Shown piece by piece: positions 1-12,100 of a DNA stretch of 64,000 nucleotides; within the stretch, counting starts at the first letter, position 1; every line of letters starts with the position of its first letter. The translations under genes and the position numbers were made by a program. Source of the stretch: Macrostomum lignano (Eukaryota); contig NIVC01003142.1 of assembly GCA_002269645.1 (NCBI GenBank), positions 1 to 64,000 on the forward strand. Direction: 5' to 3'. The notes under the pieces were generated by a model. The model searched no databases, had not been told where the DNA came from, and saw only the letters and a list, made by a program, of their open reading frames with translations.

Positions 1-3000
1 CTCCGCGCATCTCCGATCCCGTGGTTGCCACTTCAGCGGACAGCAATGGCAAAGCGAGAGCACTCGATCGTAGTGACCGGCCGAAGCAAGCTGGACTTCA
101 GTCACGCTTTTTCTACGAGTCTGGGCAACGCGTACCCGGTGGAGATCGCGTCAACTCCACTCGACCGACCGTACTTAGGTGAGAGAGAATGAATGAAGAC
201 CGACAAATTCAGAATACCGTTGCTTCTCTAAACCAGGGGTCCTCAAACTCCGGCTCGAGGGCCACAGCTTTCTTCTCTCATCTCTCCTCTCTTCTATTCT
301 CTCATCTCTCCTCGCTACTAAAAATGATATTTTGAAACTCAGAAAAGCATTAATTACAGTAGCTAAAAGTTCAAACAATAGCACAAATTCAAAATCGTCT
401 TATCGATACCAGACACTGTGCAGCCAGAAAAAGATTTGTGATCATTAGATACACAGAATTAGGGAAACCACTGTATATCAAACAAACGAAATTTATTAAT
501 TACAATTTTGAAACAATCCGTTAAAGAATCTTGTATTTCAATAGGTCGTCATTCGATAGTCAATAAGACACACTATATGACAGTTAGTAGGGATGAAAAT
601 AATTGTAAGATTTTGACGCTTTTCCTAAAATAAATAGAGTAAGAAACACGACGAAAATGGTCACGTGTACTGTTGTTCGAAGTTACAAACTGCAGAAACA
701 TTTTCTAAACTTTGTCGGGTTTAATTACGAGTAATTGCGCTCCAGGCGGAACTTGACCCAGTCGGCGCTCGTCTCGATCTCCTCCTCCACCTGAGCGTCG
801 GTGAACAGCAGCAGGCGGCAGGCTCTCAGCTTGCTGTTGTACAGCACGTGTCTGCTCGTAGCCAATTTCATCGCCTCGAAAAAGCACTGAATCACGCTGT
901 CAATTTCCGTCAGATCAGTGCAGCAGTACTCCGTACTCGATTGTAGCTGGTGCGCTTGAACGGAGTTCGCTTCCAGACTGAGGAGGTGTTAGGATTAGAA
1001 AAAGGCGAAGTCGTCCCAACGTACTCGCACACGAACCCGCGCAGATCGGAGCACTGATAGTCGTGAAAGAGGTTTGCAAGAGATTTCGTCAAGCAGTCTT
1101 GATTGCCATTGTTATTGGGCATTCCCAAATGCCACAGAAGGTCGTTGAGAGGCAGCACTCCGTTGTCGTTAACCAGCGGCCAGCCGGACCTCAGTGCGCC
1201 TCTCTCGTCAGCCAGATCGGAGACTCCTAACCACAGCTTGCAGCTGCACATCTGGACGCTCAACATGGTGGGCAGCAGCTGCAACGAGTCGTGCAAGTTG
1301 ATGAGCTCGCCTCCGATCGATGCGCACTGCCGATTGGCTCGCACCAGGTGAAGCTCTGGGCTGCATTCACGAACACGCACTTGCCAGCCTCGAGGTTGAA
1401 CGGGTTCGGGCAATCAGGGAGCACTGGTTCCAGTCTACAAAAAAGGAAGAGAGCCAGAAGTCCGATTTTGAGCAACTGGTTGAGGTACATGTCAAGTCAA
1501 GCTGCAATGAACCGTGTAAACTCCTCAAATTTGTTCCGCATCGGCCCAGTAACTTCTTTTATAGAAGCGAGCCGTTGTTTAAAAAACTGGTGCAACCGAG
1601 AACGGATTGAAAAATGAAATTTTGTGGCTTTGAAATTTGTGGCTTTCCGGCTTCCTGCTTAAACGTCGTTGAAGCAAAAAGTGTCGTAGGCGTAGCAACT
1701 GAGACTAAAAATCGAAACCATAGCGAAGTGAAAGTCAAAAAATGCACTGTTTTGTTCTTCTATAGAAAATGATTCCTAAAAAATTGAATGCAAGTCATTA
1801 TTCATTTTTTGAGGCTTGTTTTTGTTCCGGCAAAGCATCATCTGCAGGAAAGCATCGAATTGTAAAACTTACTTCCGAAGTGTGCTATTCTAATAACTTC
1901 CTTGATGTATTCGTAAACACTTACGTTTCAACGCATGGATTGCTTAAAACTATTGGAACGGAGTTTGATTTTATCGAGGCCGGCAAGAAGTTTGTTTCAA
2001 ATATTACACTTTTCAATTATTATTTCAAATATTAAAATTTTTGGATTGCTTTTCTTCGAAGGAATTGCTTTCCTCTGTCCAAAAATTAGTCTACAAATTT
2101 GTCTTAAAGGGTAACTCTTGCAAATCAACAGGAATGAAAAAGTGAACGATTTATCTTTTTAATTTAAAAGATAGGCCTGCCAAACTCTCCACCACCACCA
2201 CCAATTCCTAGGAATCCCATCGCACCTGTACATCAATCAGACTCAATCGCTGGCACGGTGCATTACGCTGCACTGACCACATTTGAAAAGTACAGCTTGA
2301 TCACCGCTCGAGCCAGACAACTGTCCGAAAGCGGCAGCGTTTTCGTTACTGACCGTTTAGAGCCGCCTACGGGCTTCTTCTATGTTGTTGTAAGTGCTCA
2401 AGGAGGTACGGGTTAATGTTGATTTCGAAAGATTCTAGCCAAGCCCCTCGATGTCACGACGAGTGATGGCACTTTGCAACCACCTGGCTCTTTCACAAGT
2501 TATTGAATCACCAAAGATACGAACCCGCTGCCCAACTGTTGTGTCAAGTGAGAGGGTTTGACAGAGACGAACAAGAGACGGTGATTAATTTCTGTTTCGA
2601 TTTCGTGGAGTCTATTCTTTAACAGAGTTATGCAGTATAAAGTCTTGACTTCTTCTCAACTTACTTTCAAGTTCCTTAGTTACAGAATTAAATGAGTCAT
2701 CTAAGTCGACACAATCGAAGAATATCGAGACAATCAATGATGTTATTTAAGGGAAGATAAAGTTGAAGCTGCAAAACCGGCGGAAATATGACGACGAACC
2801 TTTAACTTGTAGCGCTGGTGGAAAAGAGGATGTGAACTAAAGATTCAAACTGGACCCCGAAATATTCGGTACCGACTTTTGTACACCCATCTCTTCATTT
2901 GGAGCCAAATAGCTCCCGTTATGCCTAAAACCGACCACTTTAGAATTTGAGGATCTCTATGGGGAGGATCGAGAAATGGGATAAATGGCGATTTCATGTG

Positions 3001-6000
3001 ATCCGAAACCTTCCTGTGCTATTTGAGTTTAATATAATTTCATTGTGTGTTTTTTCAGAACCCTCTACTATACAGCCATTTATGAAACATAATACTAAAG
3101 TACTAAAGCTTGACGTTATTTACATGAGAATGATTCAGGACATGCACTTTTAGGATAGCATAAACATTATTAAGAAATAACATAATGGGGGTCACAACAT
3201 GACATTACTATCGCTCCTATTCTTCATACAAACATATAAAAAGAGCGTTTATCGTGGTCATCACGTCAGTTAAAACATCTGAAGCTCCAAGTGAAGGGAT
3301 TGGCGTAGAGAGATCGGGACGTGCAATGCTTCAGGCTCCATTTTGACTCTTTAGTTCACATCCTCTTTAATAGCCCGCGGTTTACTTGTTTTCAGCTGCA
3401 GTAGAAATAGAGATGCGACGCCCCACAGTGCCAAGCACAGTCCTCGGTTGTCCTGCACAAATTCAAATGGACACCTGGCCGCCTAAATTATCTTTTTCTC
3501 ACACACACCTTGCCACTAACTAACAACACCAGGTGACCGGCAAGGATCTCGAAGGCAGGGACTATCAGCGCTACTCGCCCACAGCTGTGAAAGCTCTGGT
3601 CGCGCCGGCTCCTCGCGTCGAATGTCGCAGCTTGGACGTCCGGGTTCGTCGAGGCGACTGGACCAGCCTGCGCTGCGAGGTGTTCAGCACCAAGGACTAC
3701 CTGACTACCTGGTATAAAGTGCTGGGCGAGAATCGAAAACAGGTGCTACAATCGATCAGTAGTCCAGCTGGGCAAAGACTCCAAACTCTGACTTTGAAAG
3801 AGGCCGACGCCACAGTGGCTGGAGTTTACGAGCTGATGGCAACCACTGTCGACGGCCAGATGCATTCAGACCGCGTTCAGGTCACTGTGCTGCGTGAGTT
3901 ACATTTTGTGTTAATTAACTATAGTGAAATTCGCCGGTACCCAATGTTTGAGCACTAACACGCGCATATCTATAAGTACTTATAAGCTTTTAGCCAACGG
4001 ACCACTGGCAAGTGACCCCATTCCAGCTGATCCGCCTACCGTTCTGGTTGCACCGAACAATGTCAGCGTGGCAGCAAATACTGTAGCAAAGTTGCGGTGC
4101 CTAGTGGTTGCAGAGGCCTCAGCTATGACGTCATTGGTTGTCGATTGGTCTCGGGCCGGCTCGAGATTCGATGTGGCTCGCCCGCTGGTGAACTCTAGCC
4201 GGATCGCGGTGATTGAGTCTAGACAAGTCAGCGCTGTTGATAAAACTTTGATAATAAGGTAAGTACGAGCTATGAATGGGATAGCTTAAAAATTTGAACG
4301 CCCCAGCTCACACTGTCTCACGGCACCGATAGAACATGTAATTACCTTTTGGTGATTCAGCTCTCCTAAGAGTTCAAATCACTTCTTAAAGCTCGAAAAT
4401 TCAAATCGTCGAATTCAGTGAAGTATCGAGGTTGGGTAACGCCCTTAAGAGTTCTTCAAACAGTTAACAGTTAGTTATCAAGTTGCCGTGCAGGGACGTA
4501 GCCAGGGGCTGAGGATACGTCCTGAGGCTTTTACTAAAATAAAAATTTTGTATGCTTGTGGCGCCTTCACACGTTAATGAATCACCAATGACGCATTATG
4601 CCAATAGAGTTAAGAAAAGCGAAAACCTTCTATTTCACCAAGTTATTTTGGAGGTAGCGTCCTTCCACTTGTTTCGTTTATTACAGTAATGTGCTTCGAA
4701 CACGTTATTATTGATAGATACGCCACTGAATCGGACTCGGGCGAGTACGTATGCCGAGCAGCTTACACTACTAGCGGATCGAGCTCAGGAATATCCGGCT
4801 TAAAGTCAACTTGGCTCATTGTCAGCAATATGCCGATCGTGTTGCGACTGTTGCCGGATGTTCGACGATTAAATTATCGACGAAACGACACTATCCGCAT
4901 TGAATGCCAGGTGGAATCGGGACAGAGAGGTGTGCAGCTCAACTGGTGGCGCATGAGCACAGGCCAGCTGGTGTCCACCACTGGATACTTCAAATTGCAC
5001 GCGCCGAGCCTCAACACGCCGGAGTTTTCCAGTGCCGACCAGAGACGGCGTCAAGAAACGCGTCGTTTAAATCGGTCGAGCTGGTCTACGGTGAGCCACC
5101 GGCTGTACAAGCTGTACCAGCCAATCTGATGGCTTACTACGGCACGAATGCTTCGCTGTACTGCGCGATAACTGCCGGAGTGCCGAAACCTCGGCTCGTC
5201 TGGCAGCGACTATCGACTCCGACAACTGCTAGTAATGTCACAGTTGTCGAGAGCGGCGGTTTGAGAATTCATTTCTTAGCTACGGAAACTACCGTTGGAG
5301 AGTGGGTCTGCTTGGCAAAAAATGAGGCCGGGACGGCAGAGGCAAAAGTGCAAGTCTCGATTGTTCGTAAGTTGACTGCTGTTTTATTTACCTTTTTATT
5401 TAACTGTACCAGAACTTACAAGTTAAGCGGAGTGGTGGCGGTTAGTATGTCAAGCCTTAAGAGCTGAAAACTTGGGACTGTAACGGTAAAAGCTGCACTG
5501 AACCTTCAAATGCACCACGCATAATTTTACTAAAAATCCGTTCGCTTTCGACACTTTTAGCGTTCATCAAAATTGATGCGACTCCATCGCCAGTGCTGGT
5601 TAAACTGAGCAGACCCGTAGAGATCGAGTGCCGAATTCGAGGTCAACCGCGACCCACAATCGTTTGGACAAAGGATGGAGAGGCATTTATTGCTGATGCA
5701 TCTATCGATCAAGATGGACAGAGATTAAGAATTTCAAGAGCCCAGGTGCGCCATTCTGGCAATTACCGATGCACAGCCGAAAACTCTTTAGGCAGCATGT
5801 CTAAAGTCATTAATCTAGTAGTCGGTCAAGCGCCTAAGCCCGTTAAACCTCTTGTTGGTCCAAACAAATTAGTCCTATACGAAGGAGAAGCGCGCGAGCT
5901 GCATTGCAATGCCACCGGCATTCCTAATCCGATCATTCAGTGGCGCCACAACGGCAGTGTCCGGTCCAGCAGTGGATCCGTGCTGAACATCCGTACAGTG

Positions 6001-8395
6001 ACAGTTTCGTCAGCTGGACGGTACAACTGCTCCGCTAGCAACCAGTTTGGAGCGACTACGATTCTCTTTGACGTTAGCGTCGTCTCCAAACCTGTTATCG
6101 TTCCTCCAACCGGACTTGTGAATTCAAAAAAGCTTGTGAAACTTAATGACAGCTTGCTGTTGGATTGCCGTCTCTTTGACTCTGTCAGGTCCGATCTGGA
6201 CGCCTCGCTGGAGGTGATTTGGCTTAAGGACGGCGATCCGATTGATGGTCGTGTTATAGACGTTGTCCAGAACTCCGATGGGGTGAGTTTAGATCGTGAA
6301 AATGTACATTCTTATCACTGCATACGATCTAAAATGTGACAATGGTGCATCGTTAGCGCATGCGACCATGGAGCCATGTAGGCCTGGGGCTTGTGCGGTT
6401 GTCGATCACGAGGCATAATACGAGCTAATTCGCGCCGGAGTACATATTCATGTGTGTGTGTGCGTGCTCAGGGGTCAGAGTAGCCTATTCTGTATATTTT
6501 ATTAAATAACAATTGAACCACTGCATCTACTCAATCCTAGACAAAATCACTTCTGATTCGTCGAGCCAGCCTAGCCGACTCCGGAAAGTACATGTGCATC
6601 GCTAGCAACAAGGCAGGCTCCGACAGTATACTAATTGACGTGTCCGTCATTTATTCGCCTCACGCCACCAGTTCGCAAGTTCAAGTTCTCCGTCGAAGTG
6701 CCGGACAGGATGTCAGTATTAGCTGCAACGTGACCGATGGAGTTCCTCCTGCCGTGTTCACTTGGCGAATGAACCCTGCGGTGTCATCAGCTCGCAGCTC
6801 CTCGATTGGCTCGCCTGACAGCAGCAGTCGAATCAAGCTGTCTACCGATCGAAAAGTGCTCACAATCAAGCGCTTAGTTGCCAGCGACTCGGGTAGTTAC
6901 GATTGCACAGCAACCAATCGAGTCGGCTCGGCAACTAGTCGAACTCGCCTAATCGTCAGCGACCCACCGGTGATCGATCGGAGCAAACTCGGTCCCGTTG
7001 AACGGTGGGTTCTGCGCAATCGAGGAGCCAGTTTAACTTGTCCAATCGGATCGGGCAGCCCGCGTCCATCGCTGACCTGGTTTCTGAACGGCAGACGCCT
7101 GGACACTGCAGATTCTTCTAACGGTTTTATACTTCGACGCAACGGTGAGGAGCTGGAGATTCTAAGCGCCCAACCCGAGCACCAAGGCCGTTATCGATGC
7201 GGGGCAGCCAATCCATCTGGCATAGACGCCATCGAGCTCGTTCTGTCCGTTGTTGAAGCTCCGATTCTTCGCCAGTCGCCAGACGAAATCCGTGCGAAGT
7301 CTGGCGATCCAGTCAGCATTTGGTGTCGCGTGCTCAACGGCACAAGGCCGATTGACCTGAGCTGGACTCGGGTGACAGTCCAATCGTAAGTTACTTGCTG
7401 CTTCGATAATGTAGTCAAAACTATCGTACCATAGGGATGATAAGTTGTAGAGTTTCACTTGTGAGGGTTTGCAGTGGGAACTTCAGAAAATCAAGGCGAC
7501 AGTCGATCAGTCGTTTCCGTCCACGAAATAGAACCTGTAAATTTCCTCGAGGGGTACCCTGCTACCTGGCACTTCAATAACTCTGTGCACTTCAACAGAG
7601 GATAATCCAGCCTAATCTTTTCCCCAATTTAAATCCGGCACAGATTGAATCGAGCCGTGTCCGCATGGAGGCCAACGGTGAACGATTGGTGATTCAGTCA
7701 GCTCAGACCTCCGACTCTGGCAGGTACAAGTGCACCGCTCGGAACCGATTTGGACTGGACAGTCGCAGTCTTGTGTTGGATGTCGAATCGCCACCGTTGC
7801 GTTTCCTCAACCAAAGAATCGGCATCTACGTTGTGGTGAAGGCGATTGAAAATCAATCCGTATCGCTGGATTGCTCGTTGGAGCCGCAACGTACTCAGCC
7901 AGAGTTTCTGTGGGTCCGCCACGGTCACGGCCCGATCGTTGGTGGGTCGGCTGTTTCTGCCGATTCTAGTCGACTAAATCTCAATAATGTGACGCCTGAG
8001 GAAGCTGGCAACTACACCTGCACAGCTAGGTCAGGTGATCGGTGGCTGACGCGCTATTTTAAATTAGTTGTTAACTCGCCGCCGAGGCTACGAGAAGGTC
8101 CTGATGATGTCAACATCACCGTAAATGCCAAGGAGTTTGTCAGTCTGCAGTGCACTGCCGACGGAGTCTTAAGGTATGTTGATTGATTGATTACTCGTAA
8201 TTGATAAATTGACTGACTGATTGATTGATTGATTGACTGACTGATTGATTGATTGACTGATTGATTGTTTGATTGATTGATTGATTGATTGATGGATGGA
8301 TGGATGGATTGATTGATTGATTGACTGATTGATTGATTTATTGATTGACTAATTGAATGATTGATGGATTGATTGATTGATTGATTGATTGATTA

Positions 8396-8436
<41 letters not shown>

Positions 8437-8473
8437 CTGATTGGTTGATTGGTTGATTGATTGATTGATTGAC

Positions 8474-8516
<43 letters not shown>

Positions 8517-8573
8517 CTGATCGATTGATTGATTGACTGATCGATTGATTGATTGACTGATTGATTGATTGAC

Positions 8574-8620
<47 letters not shown>

Positions 8621-8807
8621 CTGATCGATTGATTGATTGACTGATCGATTGATTGATTGACTGATTGATTGATTGATTGATTGGTTGATTAATTGATTGA
8701 TTGATTGATTTATTGGTTGATTAATTGATTGACTGATTGATTGATTGATTGATTCATTGATTGATTGATTGATTGATTGACTGATTGATTGATTTATTGA
8801 TTGACTA

Positions 8808-8838
<31 letters not shown>

Positions 8839-8939
8839 AATTGATTGATTGATTGATGGATGGATGGATTGATTGATGGATGGATGGATTGATTGATAGA
8901 TTGATTAATTGACTGATTGATTGATTTATTGATTGACTA

Positions 8940-8974
<35 letters not shown>

Positions 8975-9071
8975 AATTGATTGATTGATTAATTGATTGA
9001 TTGATTGATGGATGGATGGATTGATTGATTGATTGATTGATTGAGTGATGGATGGATGGATTGATTGATTG

Positions 9072-9108
<37 letters not shown>

Positions 9109-12100
9109 CTGATTGATTGATTGATTGATTCTTTAATTACTTCACACGGGGTCATTCGACGACAGTTGATTGCAATTTCAGATCAACAATCCAATGGTTC
9201 AAGGATGGTATACCTGTGGAGATATTAATAGCAAGCGGAGCTGGCTACCTGATAACCGATGTGGGAGCCGGTGGTTCCAACCTGTTAATTCCGTCTGCTC
9301 AGCTAAATGACGCAGGAATTTTCACCTGTCGCGCACGCAATTCAGCAGGCAGTGTGTCAAAGCGACACTACTTAGTGCTGCAATCCGGTCCAAGTTTCCC
9401 TTCGGATTTCAACACTAGTAGAGAATTGCGACAGGTCAATCTGCAAGATTTTGTTGAGCTCTCTTGTCCTGTCCGAGGTGGACGGCCTCCACCCAGCATT
9501 GTCTGGTCCCGACAGCTTCCAGACGGCACGCGACAAGATCTGAGCAGCTCCAATATTGACTCTAGTCGATTCAGCGTCCTTGACAATGGTCAGAAATTAT
9601 TGATCTTCAGCGTGGCCTTAACGGACTCCGGCGTATACACCTGCACAGCGCGTAGCATTGTCGGGCAAATTAACAAAGTTTACAATCTTCAGGTGAGGCT
9701 GAGACCGAAAATTCTGGATGGTCAACTAAAAACTGTCACATCTATTGAAGGCGACAGTGATGTCCGGTTGCCATGCAGCTTTGAGGCGTCACCGGAACCG
9801 ACCGTCAGGTGGTCAAAAGCTGGACAGAGCCTGGAATCTGCTGGAAGGTTCAAAATACTTCGCGAGTATCTGGAAATTTCTAGCGTCACCAGTGCAGATT
9901 CTGGAGAATACACTTGCCTAGTTACTAACAGCGCAGGCCGAGATGTGACTCGTGTGCAGCTCAGGGTTCTGGGTAAGTTGGCCCAGATTTTACACTCAGA
10001 TGCTTTGTGTTTTACTGCATTCACTAATAACTGATTGACAAAGTTTATTTAATTGGGTACCGGCTAAATTAAAGGCTAATTAACATAATTGAACTGTGCA
10101 AGCTCATGATCTTGAAAGCGCTCAAACTTGTCCTGTTCAGTGAAGCCCAGAATTGCTGGCGGTCCATTTCCAAGAACTGTGGTGGCAAAACGAGGCCAAT
10201 CTGTGAAGCTCAACTGCTCTGCAATTGGAGATCCGCAGCCCAGCATTGTTTGGAAGCGAGGCACAGATGACGTCATAGTGCCCAGTAGCAGTGAGTCGTT
10301 TCGTTAAAAAATGTATTTCCAAGCAAGCTTCATTTAAAATTTTGCAATGTGGCTGCATTCTATTATAGCTTTTCAGCCATCTGGGAGCTCTTTGATAATC
10401 AACAACTTGGATCCGAGTCACGCTGGCATGTTCACCTGCGAGGCCAGCAACACGGCTGGTACTGCCGCGGCGCGGATAGAGCTGCAGATTCTGCGTAAGG
10501 ACTCTGTCTTGGTGTCTGTCTTAGTGTCTGTCTTAGTGTCTGTCTTAGTGTCTGTCTTAGTGTCTGTCTTAGTGTCTGTCTCAGTGTCTGTCTCTGTGTC
10601 TGTCTCAGTGTCTGTCTTAGTGTCTGTCTCAGTGTCTGTCTCTGTGTCTGTCTTAGTGTCTGTCTCTGTGTCTGTCTCAGTGTCTGTCTCAGTGTCTGTC
10701 TTAGTGTCTGTCTCAGTGTCTGTCTCTGTGTCTGTCTTAGTGTCTGTCTCAGTGTCTGTCTTAGTGTCTGTCTCTGTGTCTGTCTCTGTGTCTGTCTCTG
10801 TGTCTGTCTCAGTGTCTGTCTTAGTGTCTGTCTCAGTGTCTGTCTTAGTGTCTGTCTCAGTGTCTGTCTCAGTGTCTGTCTTAGTGTCTGTCTCAGTGTC
10901 TGTCTCAGTGTCTGTCTTAGTGTCTGTCTCTGTGTCTGTCTCAGTGTCTGTCTCAGTGTCTGTCTTAGTGTCTGTCTCAGTGTCTGTCTCTGTGTCTGTC
11001 TCAGTGTCTGTCTTAGTGTCTGTCTCAGTGTCTGTCTTAGTGTCTGTCTCAGTGTCTGTCTCAGTGTCTGTCTCAGTGTCTGTCTCAGTGTCTGTCTCAG
11101 TGTCTGTCTCAGTGTCTGTCTCAGTGTCTGTCTCAGTGTCTGTCTCAGTGTCTGTCTCTGTGTCTGTCTCTGTGTCTGTCTCAGTGTCTGTCTTAGTGTC
11201 TGTCTCAGTGTCTGTCTCTGTGTCTGTCTTAGTGTCTGTCTCTGTGTCTGTCTCAGTGTCTGTCTCAGTGTCTGTCTTAGTGTCTGTCTCAGTGTCTGTC
11301 TCTGTGTCTGTCTTAGTGTCTGTCTCAGTGTCTGTCTTAGTGTCTGTCTCAGTGTCTGTCTCTGTGTCTGTCTCTGTGTCTGTCTCAGTGTCTGTCTTAG
11401 TGTCTGTCTCAGTGTCTGTCTTAGTGTCTGTCTCAGTGTCTGTCTCAGTGTCTGTCTCTGTGTCTGTCTTAGTGTCTGTCTCAGTGTCTGTCTTAGTGTC
11501 TGTCTCAGTGTCTGTCTTAGTGTCTGTCTCAGTGTCTGTCTCAGTGTCTGTCTCTGTGTCTGTCTCAGTGTCTGTCTCAGTGTCTGTCTTAGTGTCTGTC
11601 TCAGTGTCTGTCTTAGTGTCTGTCTCAGTGTCTGTCTCAGTGTCTGTCTTAGTGTCTGTCTCAGTGTCTGTCTCAGTGTCTGTCTTAGTGTCTGTCTCAG
11701 TGTCTGTCTCAGTGTCTGTCTTAGTGTCTGTCTCAGTGTCTGTCTCAGTGTCTGTCTCAGTGTCTGTCTCAGTGTCTGTCTCAGTGTCTGTCTCAGTGTC
11801 TGTCTCAGTGTCTGTCTCAGTGTCTGTCTCAGTGTCTGTCTCAGTGTCTGTCTCAGTGTCTGTCTGTCAATCACTCTATACATGCAATTGTCTGTCTTTG
11901 TAAAAACAGAGTAGCTCAGCGGTAACGCACCCCGGGTTCGAATTTTGTGCATAGTAACATTAATTTGGGGCTCCTACACAAAAATTGGCTGTTTGCGCTT
12001 CGCCTTGATAATCAGTGCCCACTAAAATGATTAAAGACTCGATTTCCACAACCATACCCCAGTCGCTCCTGTCATCCAGCCGCCGAGCACCTCAGTTCAC

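Noticed and set aside
234-265. hAT-like terminus CAGGGGTCCTCAAACT
   Set aside because: No matching opposite end or TSD found in the window.
10347-11952. Long ORFs (VSVS..., QTLR...) and similar repeat ORFs at 16.9-18.6, 25.2-28.9, 36.2-37.9 and 45.8-46.7 kb as proteins
   Set aside because: They are stop-free readings of tandem repeats. Those below 29 kb lie inside introns whose flanking exons splice in phase without them.
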